This document shows positions 27,238 to 35,627 of a stretch of 36,783 nt of DNA, piece after piece. The notes below the pieces were generated by a model that saw nothing but the letters and a program-made list of their open reading frames with translations, had not been told where the DNA came from and searched no databases. The stretch spans positions 1-36,783 of the IMG/VR virus record IMGVR_UViG_3300042110_000398; one strand, 5' to 3'. Origin of the DNA: a virus. Lineage: Duplodnaviria > Caudoviricetes. The position numbers and the translations under genes were made by a program. How positions within the stretch are numbered: position 1 is the first letter of the stretch; each line of letters starts with the position of its first letter.

Positions 27238-28236
27238 ATGAGAGCACTAGTTACCGGGGGCTGCGGGTTTATCGGCTCCAATTTGACACATGAGCTTGTG
27301 AAGAGAGGATGGAAGGTCGACATTGTAGATGACATGTCGAACGGTTTCTTGGAGTTTCTTGATGGGCTTGACATCAAGGTCGTCCCAGGATTTATGCTCC
27401 CCCAGTACGAAGAGAAGTACGAGTCTGCCCGTGATGACAGCCTTGTCCTTGTGATCCAGGACGACATTGAGTCGAAGGACGTCCTGCGTCGGATAGAAGC
27501 CGGTAAGTATGACAGGGTCTTTCACCTCGCGGCGAACCCAAGGATCTCCTACACTGTTGAGCACCCTGCCAACACTTTCGACATCAACGTGACTCGAACT
27601 GTGAAGATGCTCGAGAGCGTGAACCGCGCTCCTCACAAGGTCCGATTCATCTTCTCATCGACGTCCTCGGTCTACGGCGACGCGAAGGACCTCCCGACTC
27701 CCGAGTCCCAGGAGAAGGCTCCCCTCTCTCCCTATGGCCTACAGAAGCTCACGGTAGAGGAGTTCCTGCGGCTCTCACACAGGCTTTACGGCACTGACTC
27801 AGTATGTCTTCGTTACGCGAATGTCTACGGTCCCCGGCAGTTCGGAAATTCTCCCTACTCCACGGCGATCTCGGCCTGGTGCCAGAAGATGAATGACGGT
27901 GAGCCCCTCCGTTCTGATGGGGACGGTGAGCAGACGAGGGACATGGTCTTCGTGGGAGACGTAGTTCGTGCGAACATCCTCGCTGCAACGAGAGAAGAGG
28001 GCTTCGACGGCATTGCGATGAACGTTGGCACAGAGACGAGAGTCTCGAACAACCACATCCTCGGTCTCTTCCGGCAGAAGTTCGGTGAAGTGAAGGTCAA
28101 CCACGCGCCCACTCGACCAGGCGACGTGAGGAACACACAGCTCAGTATTTCCACCGCAAACTCGCAGCTGGGATACGTACCACAGGTCGCCCTCGAGGAG
28201 GGTCTTGCTAGAACCTGGTCGTGGTGGGGTCTCTAA
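27238..28236 (+). CDS. NAD-dependent NDP-sugar epimerase/dehydratase (extended SDR, GalE/WbpP-like)
   Basis: VTGGCGFIG, FHLAA, FSSTSSVYG, SPYGLQK (YxxxK), RYANVYGPRQ, GDGEQTRD, RPGDV. Confidence 0.9.
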   Translation: MRALVTGGCGFIGSNLTHELVKRGWKVDIVDDMSNGFLEFLDGLDIKVVPGFMLPQYEEKYESARDDSLVLVIQDDIESKDVLRRIEAGKYDRVFHLAANPRISYTVEHPANTFDINVTRTVKMLESVNRAPHKVRFIFSSTSSVYGDAKDLPTPESQEKAPLSPYGLQKLTVEEFLRLSHRLYGTDSVCLRYANVYGPRQFGNSPYSTAISAWCQKMNDGEPLRSDGDGEQTRDMVFVGDVVRANILAATREEGFDGIAMNVGTETRVSNNHILGLFRQKFGEVKVNHAPTRPGDVRNTQLSISTANSQLGYVPQVALEEGLARTWSWWGL

Positions 28237-28643
28237 TGGCAGCGGCAAAGGAGTCTTGGAGAAGCAAGTCATCGAAGGAGAGCAAGCCCTGGGGTGACAC
28301 CACAATCTGGCACACGTTCCAGACGATACACGGCAAGGTCATCACGATCCACAAGGGACACAGGACGAGCCTCAAGTACCACACGATCAAGAATGAGGTC
28401 TTCTTCGTCCTCCGTGGTCTCATCAAGGTCACTCATGGAAACTCGAAGACCCTGAAGGACAGCGAGAAGCACCCTTACCGAGTGAGCATCCTGAAGCCCG
28501 GTGAGATCCTCATGGTACAGTCAGAGTGTCCCTATCGAATCGAGGCGCTTGAGGAGTCCGAGATCATCGAGGTCGGCGACCGCTCTGACAATGAACCCGT
28601 TCGACTGGAGGACGACTATGGGCGTGCGAAGAAAGAGTCCTGA
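28236..28643 (+). CDS. Cupin, mannose-6-phosphate isomerase type II-like
   Basis: KPWG, RTSLKYHTIKNE, IIEV, VRLEDDYGR; TAATG overlap. Confidence 0.75.
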   Translation: MAAAKESWRSKSSKESKPWGDTTIWHTFQTIHGKVITIHKGHRTSLKYHTIKNEVFFVLRGLIKVTHGNSKTLKDSEKHPYRVSILKPGEILMVQSECPYRIEALEESEIIEVGDRSDNEPVRLEDDYGRAKKES

Positions 28644-29488
28644 ATCTTCTTTAGCGCAGTCCCTGCTTTCACTTCGAGATCGGTCACCCTGACTAACCTG
28701 ATGGAGTGAGACATGAACCATGAGTCCTGTCTTCTGTCTTGCTCCCACTTTCCAACTCTACCAATGTCTCTCGGTTTGCTCGACTCTCTTATCTCCTCAA
28801 TTGGCTTGTCGAGTCCATGCCAGTAGACACCGTCGAGCTGCACGTAGGTATCGATAGAAGGGATATAGAAGTCAATGGGCCAGCGGTTGACTCTCTTTTG
28901 CCGGACAATGTTTCCGAACTCGGATGACAGGGTCTCTGCGAAAGAGTTCTCGATCTTTGATGACCACTTTTGAGGAGACTGCATCATGAGAGAACAAAGT
29001 TTTTCTTGCAAGTGGGGTTGATTGCGAGGGTCTCTCTGGCCGTACTTCTTCATCCATGTGACCTCTCTCTTTGCTAGCATCTCTGGTGATTGGAAAGTCT
29101 CAGCGTGTCCGTATTTTTCCAAGTGAGTCCTCTTTCTCTTCTCTTTGAACTCCTCACAGTGAGATGGGTTCTCTACTCCATACCTTTCAAGAAGAGTCTT
29201 CTTGATCTTGTCCCTTGTCTCCTTGAGCTGCATCGGGTTTTCTACTCCGTGAATCTCAAGCATCTTCTTCTTGGTGAGGTTGTACCCCTCCCTTCCGACC
29301 CTGATGGACTCACCCCTGCATCTTCTACTGCAGAAAGTCAGTCCGCTGGAGGAATGACTAGCGTTAGCAGGTCTCTTGTCATAGGTGGTCTTGCAAAAAT
29401 CGCATAGATATCGAAGGATGACGTTGACCTGTTTCGACTGTTCGCCGTTCTTCTTGACCCTTGGGATCTCGATCCTCTCTATGAACAT
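28616..29488 (-). mobile_element. Free-standing homing endonuclease-like gene (Zn-binding N-terminus, YGVENP repeats, Vsr/DUF559-type nuclease domain)
   Basis: CDFC..FCSRRC; repeats HGVENP / YGVENP / YGHAET / YGQRDP; IDFYIP..VQLDGVYWHG; own AGGAG RBS; the only credible minus-strand gene. Confidence 0.72.
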
Positions 29489-29503
29489 TTCGTCTCCTGC
29501 TAT

Positions 29504-29510
29504 TAGATAT
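29504..29510 (-). promoter_or_regulatory. Candidate late-promoter element ATATCTA (minus strand)
   Basis: ATAnnTA 15 nt before the endonuclease ATG. Confidence 0.4.
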
Positions 29511-29566
29511 TCTCAACATTGATGTGGAGTGGAAAGACTATGATAAAGAAGTCACGGAAGTCCAGG

Positions 29567-30118
29567 ATGAACAAAGAGTTTATAATGTATGTGGGTCCGA
29601 TGTGGTCGGGCAAGACGACTCGACTCACCGCGGCGGTCGAGCGGCACCGCATCAGGCAGACTGATGTTCTCTGTTTCAAGCCTGATATTGACGGCAGGTA
29701 CGCGGCAAGCTCCATCGTCACCCACTCAGGCTCGAGAATGGACGCCCTCTCCGTGAGTAGGGGCGACCAGATCCTTCAGCATGTCGCGGACCACAGGCCC
29801 GAGGTCATCGCGGTCGACGAGGCGTTCATGATCGAGGGCTGCGCCGAAGCCCTCATCAACATCTTCAAGCGTGGCGTCTCTGTTTACGTCTCGTCGATCG
29901 AGCTCTCTGCGAACCTGAAACCCTTCGGTGAGGTCGAGAAGATGATGCCCTTTGCCACGAGGGTCGAGAAGTGCACCGCGGTCTGCGTTTCATGTGGCGA
30001 TGATGCGGCTCTTACTCACCGGAGGGTCCCATCTCTTGAAGAGATATCCGTGGGTGGGGCTGACAGCTACGAGCCGATGTGCTGGACATGTCATCCACTT
30101 GTGAAGCTCGAGGACTGA
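29567..30118 (+). CDS. tdk: Thymidine kinase (type II)
   Basis: GPMWSGKTT, FKP.ID.RY, IAVDEA, C..CG, VGGADSYEPMCWTCH; ORF is open upstream to 29519. Confidence 0.9.
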   Translation: MNKEFIMYVGPMWSGKTTRLTAAVERHRIRQTDVLCFKPDIDGRYAASSIVTHSGSRMDALSVSRGDQILQHVADHRPEVIAVDEAFMIEGCAEALINIFKRGVSVYVSSIELSANLKPFGEVEKMMPFATRVEKCTAVCVSCGDDAALTHRRVPSLEEISVGGADSYEPMCWTCHPLVKLED

Positions 30119-30179
30119 ATAGTTTGCTCTGGCTATTTCCGAATCCCACAGAGTGAATTAACAGGACATAGGAGCACCA

Positions 30180-31016
30180 ATGATCGTCGAACCCTCTTCT
30201 GTCGATCTCGTAATCTATCACGCGAACTGTACCGACGGATTCGGGGCGGCCTATGCAGCCTGGAAGCTCCTCGGTGACAGGGCCGAGTACCACGCCGCGA
30301 AGTATGGTGAACCTCCGCCTGACGTGAAGGGCAAGAATGTCGTGGTCCTCGACTTCTCCTACGACAACGCGACCACCAAGCGACTCATGAAGGAGGCGAA
30401 GGGTTTCCTCATCATCGACCACCACAAGTCGGCGATGGTCGAGCTCCACGACGTCTCCTGCACCCGCTTCGATATGACGCACAGCGGAGCGATGCTCGCC
30501 TGGAGCTTCTTCCACCCAGGGAAGGAGGCTCCCCGGATGATCAAGTTCATCGAGGACCGTGACCTCTGGAAGTGGGAGATCCCGTACTCGAAGGAGTTCT
30601 CCGCGGCCTTCGACATGGTGAAGTTCGACTTCGAGGAATTCGACAAGTACCTCGACGACTCGGAGGTCGACAACGCCCAGGAACGTGGAGCTTACATCCT
30701 CGCCTACTCGAAGACTGTGATATCGAAGATCTCGAAGAACGCCTCCTCCCGGAAGCTCGGTGGGAAGGACGTCCTCGTGGTGAACTCACCCCACTGGATG
30801 TCGGAGATCGGAGCGGCCCTCTCCCCCAAGTGCGACTTTGCGGTGATCTGGTACTATGACCACGAGACGAGACAGGTGAAGGTGAGCCTCCGAGCCCACC
30901 ACGACGACTCGGACGTGAGCGAGGTCGCGAAGAAGTACGGGGGCGGCGGCCACCGGAAGGCCGCCGGTTTTGCCCTCCCGCCCGACACCAGCATCGAGAC
31001 GATATTCGACAAGTAG
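30180..31016 (+). CDS. DHH/DHHA1 phosphoesterase (NrnB-like)
   Basis: YHANCTDG, VLDFS, IIDHH, EDRDLW, SLR, GGGGHRKAAGF. Confidence 0.88.
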   Translation: MIVEPSSVDLVIYHANCTDGFGAAYAAWKLLGDRAEYHAAKYGEPPPDVKGKNVVVLDFSYDNATTKRLMKEAKGFLIIDHHKSAMVELHDVSCTRFDMTHSGAMLAWSFFHPGKEAPRMIKFIEDRDLWKWEIPYSKEFSAAFDMVKFDFEEFDKYLDDSEVDNAQERGAYILAYSKTVISKISKNASSRKLGGKDVLVVNSPHWMSEIGAALSPKCDFAVIWYYDHETRQVKVSLRAHHDDSDVSEVAKKYGGGGHRKAAGFALPPDTSIETIFDK

Positions 31017-31023
31017 TCACGGG

Positions 31024-31515
31024 ATGACATCTGTGACACAGGAAATCCTGCCAATGGATATACCCAACAATGACTTTCTGGATCATCTGAGGCTACCCGT
31101 GGAACATCACCGTACACCCTGGGACCAGGTTTGGATCGAGACCGCCAAGATTCTAGCGGGGAGGTCATACGACCCGAGGTTCAAGGTCGGCGCAGTGATC
31201 GTCACCGAGGACAACACGCAGGTCCTCGCGGTTGGGTACAACGGCGATCACAGGGGCGGACCAAATTCCGTGGAGTCCACTGAGCCCGGCCAGTCTGGCT
31301 TCATCCACGCAGAGATCAACGCCCTCATCAAGTGCGACTTCAACCACCCGAAAGCGAAGAAGATGTACCTCACCCTCTCTCCCTGTCGCCAGTGCGCGAA
31401 GGCGATCATCAACGGTGGGATAAGGGAGGTCGTCTACGACGCTGAATACCGTGACACGAGCGGGATAGAGCTCCTTAAGTCGGTTGGGATTGTGGTCCGG
31501 AAACACGGTTCGTGA
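31024..31515 (+). CDS. dCMP deaminase
   Basis: VGAVIV, GYNG, HAEINAL, LSPCRQCAKAI; start ATG 31024 or 31054. Confidence 0.88.
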   Translation: MTSVTQEILPMDIPNNDFLDHLRLPVEHHRTPWDQVWIETAKILAGRSYDPRFKVGAVIVTEDNTQVLAVGYNGDHRGGPNSVESTEPGQSGFIHAEINALIKCDFNHPKAKKMYLTLSPCRQCAKAIINGGIREVVYDAEYRDTSGIELLKSVGIVVRKHGS

Positions 31516-31521
31516 TAGTTA
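31515..31521 (+). promoter_or_regulatory. Candidate late-promoter element ATAGTTA
   Basis: ATAnnTA 16 nt before ATG 31538. Confidence 0.45.
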
Positions 31522-31537
31522 TTCTCGAGGACTAAGC

Positions 31538-33385
31538 ATGCCGTCCATTATGGGTGAGCTCATTCGCGAGAGCTCAAGAAAGAATATTGACGCTTATTCT
31601 CTGAGGAAGAATAGACTGACCTATCTTCTCGAGGCTGAGGGCGCTGACGAGAAGAAGGTAGACACAGCGATGCAGAAATCTGCAAAGTCGCTGAAGACAC
31701 TGGCTGGATCCCTGAAGGATGGGATGCCCGAGACAAGCGTTCTTGTAGCAAAGGCTGGTGAGAATCTCACGAAGGCCATTGCAGCTGGTGAGAAAGACGA
31801 AGAGTCAGCAGCGCTTTTCTCGCTCTCGAATCAATTTGGCGCCTCCCTTCTCTCCATGCTTAACAGCATAAACTCAGCGCTTGAGACTGATGAGGGGTCA
31901 GCGGAATCTTCTATCGTCAAAACTCTTGGCGGAGATGACGAGCTAAAGAAGATCATTGAAAAGACTTTCAAGCCCTCTCCGAGCTCAATAAAGCTCATTC
32001 AGCAAGCCAATGAGCTTGTTGCAAAAGCAAAGGAGATCACGAAAGCCGGCGCTGCATCAGGCGCGGTGGACGCGAAGTCTGAGGCTGACGAGGCCGAGGG
32101 TCGAGGCAGCGAGGATGTCTTCGAGATGGAGGACGTCAAAGACGTTGACGAGGGGCTCTTCTCGAACATTGGAAATTTCCTGAAGGGACTCTTCAAGCAG
32201 GTTCCAACAGACGCAAAGGGTACCATCAAGAGTCTTATGCCGCTCTTTGGCGGTGGGAACATTGCGAAAGCCCTTCTCAATGACCTGAAGAAGGAAAGCC
32301 TCACCGGTGCATCATTCGGTGACACTCTTAAGGCAATAACACCGTCCCTCAATGACCTTTCACCAGGCACATCAGAGAAAGTCGAGCCTCCCGCAGCAGG
32401 TGGGGGAGGAGAAGGAGGCGGTTCAGAGGGAGCCGCAACACCAGCTGCAGGAGCGTCTGTGGCTGCAGACAATCCTGATTTTGCGAAGGCAGTTGCAGCC
32501 GCAGTGGAGAAGGCTCTTGGAGAAAGGGGCGCTGGGGCTGCTGCAGCAGTGAGAGACATTGGAACTGGAACTGATCCGAAGAAAGCGACTTCCGGGCTTG
32601 ACGATGAGACGAAGGCACTGATGAAGGTGCTCCTTTCTCGTCTTGGCAGTGAGGGCGCTGATGCCGACCCCAAGGCAGTCGTTTCTGCCGCAGCTAAAGA
32701 GTCTGGTGCTGCTGAGGGCGGTGGTGAGGGGGAGCTCAAGTACTCGAAGTACATTGACGCAGAGAAGATCAAGAAGGTCGCCGGTGACAAGGGACCGAAA
32801 GCAGTCGACTCCCTCCTCGCAGGAAGCGAGGACCTGCGTAAGAAGCTCGGCATCAAGGATTCGAGAAATCGCGGCGGAAGGTTGGTGAGAGAGTCGATGT
32901 TCTCCCTCATGTTCGAGGAGGTCGACGCCGACGCCGTGAAAGCTATCAAGACGGGCCTGAAGAAGGACGAGATCGGAAAAGAGCTTAGCGACGACGAGGC
33001 CAAGGAGATTGCCCAGTCAATTGCAGACAAGGCTGGCGGAGCGACGAAGGAAGGAGGCGGAGGAGACGAGAAGTCACTCTCAAGTCTTCTCTTTGTCGAG
33101 AATGATCCCGAGGACAAGTCAAAGGGTTACAGGCTAAGGAAAAAGATTGAACCAGGCTCGAAAACTGGCAACATAAAGATGTACCTCGATCGTATCGCTG
33201 GTGAAGAGGGCAGTGGAAGGTGGCACGATGTCGTGTCAAAGCCCAACTCCGCTAACAGGAAAAATTTCATGACTGACCTCCAAAAACTTGCTGATGAGTT
33301 GAAAGGCGTCAAGCTGGAGTCTAATTCGAATGACAACGATGTCATCCTCGAACGCTGGCAGCGTCTTGCTGGACTGAAGGACTGA
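31538..33385 (+). CDS. Large A/G/E/K-rich protein; candidate internal head/core protein
   Basis: ATG 31538 behind GAGG; repeated hydrophobic-Glu motifs; C-terminal ERWQRLAGL. Confidence 0.6.
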   Translation: MPSIMGELIRESSRKNIDAYSLRKNRLTYLLEAEGADEKKVDTAMQKSAKSLKTLAGSLKDGMPETSVLVAKAGENLTKAIAAGEKDEESAALFSLSNQFGASLLSMLNSINSALETDEGSAESSIVKTLGGDDELKKIIEKTFKPSPSSIKLIQQANELVAKAKEITKAGAASGAVDAKSEADEAEGRGSEDVFEMEDVKDVDEGLFSNIGNFLKGLFKQVPTDAKGTIKSLMPLFGGGNIAKALLNDLKKESLTGASFGDTLKAITPSLNDLSPGTSEKVEPPAAGGGGEGGGSEGAATPAAGASVAADNPDFAKAVAAAVEKALGERGAGAAAAVRDIGTGTDPKKATSGLDDETKALMKVLLSRLGSEGADADPKAVVSAAAKESGAAEGGGEGELKYSKYIDAEKIKKVAGDKGPKAVDSLLAGSEDLRKKLGIKDSRNRGGRLVRESMFSLMFEEVDADAVKAIKTGLKKDEIGKELSDDEAKEIAQSIADKAGGATKEGGGGDEKSLSSLLFVENDPEDKSKGYRLRKKIEPGSKTGNIKMYLDRIAGEEGSGRWHDVVSKPNSANRKNFMTDLQKLADELKGVKLESNSNDNDVILERWQRLAGLKD

Positions 33386-33387
33386 AA

Positions 33388-33876
33388 ATGAAGAAGAACA
33401 ATCGCGTGCTTCAGATAATGAGAGAGGAGTACCGCTCCCACCTCCTCGGCGTCCTGAAGGAAGTCAATGTCTTCGACTCGAGGGGAGAGCTTGTCATTAG
33501 CCAAGACCTGAAGGTCATCCATGAGCCTTCGGGATATGAGTACACCGTTGACTCGGTGAAGGGCAAGGACGGGAGCGCAGAGATAACCCTCAGGATGCCC
33601 GAGGTCCCTCGTCCCTCTGCGAAGTCTCCTGATTCCATTGAGTCTCCTGAAGAACCTGCTCAGCCTGCGGCCAGCCTCGAGGACGAAGAGTTCCCGCAGA
33701 TAGATCTCGGCGAGGATGACGATGACGATGAGGACGACGACGAGGACTCAAAGGTCGACGTCGGTAAGAAAGCCTATCCAAAGGAGATTGAGGCTCCTGA
33801 GGAGGACGAAGAGTCCGAGGGCGATACATTCATCGTTGACCAGAAAGAATTCGAAAAGCACTACAAGGAGGCCTGA
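33388..33876 (+). CDS. Acidic hypothetical protein
   Basis: LQIMREE leader; poly-Asp/Glu tract EDDDDDEDDDED. Confidence 0.65.
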   Translation: MKKNNRVLQIMREEYRSHLLGVLKEVNVFDSRGELVISQDLKVIHEPSGYEYTVDSVKGKDGSAEITLRMPEVPRPSAKSPDSIESPEEPAQPAASLEDEEFPQIDLGEDDDDDEDDDEDSKVDVGKKAYPKEIEAPEEDEESEGDTFIVDQKEFEKHYKEA

Positions 33877-34607
33877 TGCCGACAGAGAGCATCATCCATA
33901 AGATCGTGAAGGAGGCAATCGCTGAGGTGAAGCCCCGCCCCGCCCTGGTGACCAGACAGCATGAGGCCGTTGAAACACCGTCTCCGAAGAACGAGGCCTA
34001 TGTCGTTCAGTCGAGAAAGTTCGCCAACCAGACCGAGGCGCTTTCCGAGAAGACGAAGCTGGCCCACCAGGAGCTGCTTGACGGTTACGTGAAGGCCCTC
34101 AATGAGGTCTCCGCCCGACTCGACTCTGTCTCACGTGATGACGTGAACCCGAACACTTCAGACTTCAGGAGCCTGAAGATTGACGAGGTCCACAACATCA
34201 ACGCGGCTTTCCTCCACGGTCTCTACTTCGAAAACATCGGCGACATGAGCTCGCAGGTCACCACGGACTCTCTCACTTACATGCGTCTCGAGAGGGACTG
34301 GGGGACTTTCGACGCTTGGCAGAAGGACTTCATCGCCTGCTGCCTCGCTGCTCGGAATGGGTGGGCAGTGACGTGCTACAACACGTTCCTCAATCGGTAC
34401 ATCAACGTCGTGGTTGACCTCCACTCGGGCAACATCCCGTTCGGCTGCATTCCTGTCATCGTGATGGATGTGTGGGAGCATGCTTACTACAGGGACTACC
34501 TGAAGGACAGGAAGTCTTACGTCTTCGCGATGATGAAGGAGCTCAAGTGGCTCCGCATCGAGGAGCGATTCGAGAAGGCAGAGAGAATTGCGAAGGTGCT
34601 AAAATGA
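33876..34607 (+). CDS. sod: Fe/Mn superoxide dismutase-like protein with an N-terminal extension
   Basis: Ligand motifs AHQEL..GYV, LHGLYFEN and DVWEHAYY; WGTFDAWQKDF; GW. Confidence 0.85.
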   Translation: MPTESIIHKIVKEAIAEVKPRPALVTRQHEAVETPSPKNEAYVVQSRKFANQTEALSEKTKLAHQELLDGYVKALNEVSARLDSVSRDDVNPNTSDFRSLKIDEVHNINAAFLHGLYFENIGDMSSQVTTDSLTYMRLERDWGTFDAWQKDFIACCLAARNGWAVTCYNTFLNRYINVVVDLHSGNIPFGCIPVIVMDVWEHAYYRDYLKDRKSYVFAMMKELKWLRIEERFEKAERIAKVLK

Positions 34608-35107
34608 GACCCAGCCTGAAGAGACTCATGTTCGAGGAGGCCGAGGAGGTCTCAACACAGGAGCGCCCAGACAATGAAGAGTCTGTCGACCGCCAGATAC
34701 TGAGGGCGATCATGGACGCTGAACGCAATGCCGTACAGGCAGGAAGGGCCCAAGAGACAATGACGCCCATGGAGGCGGTGAATCGGCGCAGTCTCAAGTT
34801 CATCTTCGAGGCAGAGGGTGAAGAAAGTGGGGAGACTGATAAACCTCCTCTCGATGTTGGTACATTTGCAATGGAGGTGATGAGGGTCATCAAGAATTTT
34901 GACACTCTCCTCGACATCCCCACTGTCATCCTCAACAAGGCAAAGACCTACATTGCGCAGAAGTACGATAAGAAGACAGCCGACGCTTTCATGGAGCTCA
35001 TACAGAATGAGTATGACATCACTGTGGGCAAGGGCGGCCTCCAGCCTGACAATGAGTATGAGGTCATGTCCCACACTGCTGTCGGAGCGCGTACGCCGAG
35101 TGCCTGA
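34604..35107 (+). CDS. Hypothetical protein with two SLKxx(x)FE motifs
   Basis: ATGA overlap at 34604; SLKRLMFEE and SLKFIFEAE. Confidence 0.65.
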   Translation: MRPSLKRLMFEEAEEVSTQERPDNEESVDRQILRAIMDAERNAVQAGRAQETMTPMEAVNRRSLKFIFEAEGEESGETDKPPLDVGTFAMEVMRVIKNFDTLLDIPTVILNKAKTYIAQKYDKKTADAFMELIQNEYDITVGKGGLQPDNEYEVMSHTAVGARTPSA

Positions 35108-35355
35108 TGCTTGCCCGTAAGGCAATCCACGTGCAGGTGAGCGAAGACGCCCACGCTTCCTTCAGGAAGCTTTGCATTGATCACAAGGTCACGATGCAGG
35201 AGGTCGTCGAGCACTTTGTCCTCGGTCTCCTGGACGAGAAACCTGAGATTGTCTCGATACTTCAAGAGATCTCCAAGTCGAAGAAGTCAAAGACGATAAG
35301 ACGGATATCGAGTGTGGAGTACGACGCGATCTATGACGCCATCAACAAGGAATGA
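35107..35355 (+). CDS. Ribbon-helix-helix-like DNA-binding protein
   Basis: RKAIHVQVSEDAHASFRKLCIDHKVTMQEVV beta-alpha-alpha pattern; TGATG overlap. Confidence 0.6.
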   Translation: MLARKAIHVQVSEDAHASFRKLCIDHKVTMQEVVEHFVLGLLDEKPEIVSILQEISKSKKSKTIRRISSVEYDAIYDAINKE

Positions 35356-35356
35356 C

Positions 35357-35587
35357 ATGTTCGGGCTCTTTTTCAAGTCTGAGTCGAAGAGAATTGAAGA
35401 GCTTGAGAAGCGGGTCAAGGAGCTCGAAGAGGGCCTGGGCATCACCATCAGGCTCATGAAAGCCCAGTCAGAGGCCCTCATGTCGCTCACTTCCGAAGTC
35501 GTGAAGCTGTCAGAGGCCCTGAAGGTCTTGGTCTCTGAGAAGGGATCCACCGCGAGGAAATCGAAATCTGGGGACTACTTTCACTGA
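35357..35587 (+). CDS. Small coiled-coil protein
   Basis: ATG 35357 behind AAGGA; heptads IEELEKRVKELEE. Confidence 0.6.
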   Translation: MFGLFFKSESKRIEELEKRVKELEEGLGITIRLMKAQSEALMSLTSEVVKLSEALKVLVSEKGSTARKSKSGDYFH

Positions 35588-35604
35588 TTCGGTGAGCAGG
35601 CTCC

Positions 35605-35611
35605 ATAATTA
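35605..35611 (+). promoter_or_regulatory. Candidate late-promoter element ATAATTA
   Basis: ATAnnTA 16 nt before ATG 35628. Confidence 0.45.
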
Positions 35612-35627
35612 CAGGGACGGAGTCAAC

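Noticed and set aside
31999-33117. 372 aa minus-strand ORF
   Set aside because: Antisense shadow of the low-complexity 31538..33385 gene; S/P/A-rich mirror composition and no motifs.
33712-33747. GAC/GAT/GAG triplet run
   Set aside because: Encodes a poly-Asp/Glu tract with mixed codons; not a slippage microsatellite.
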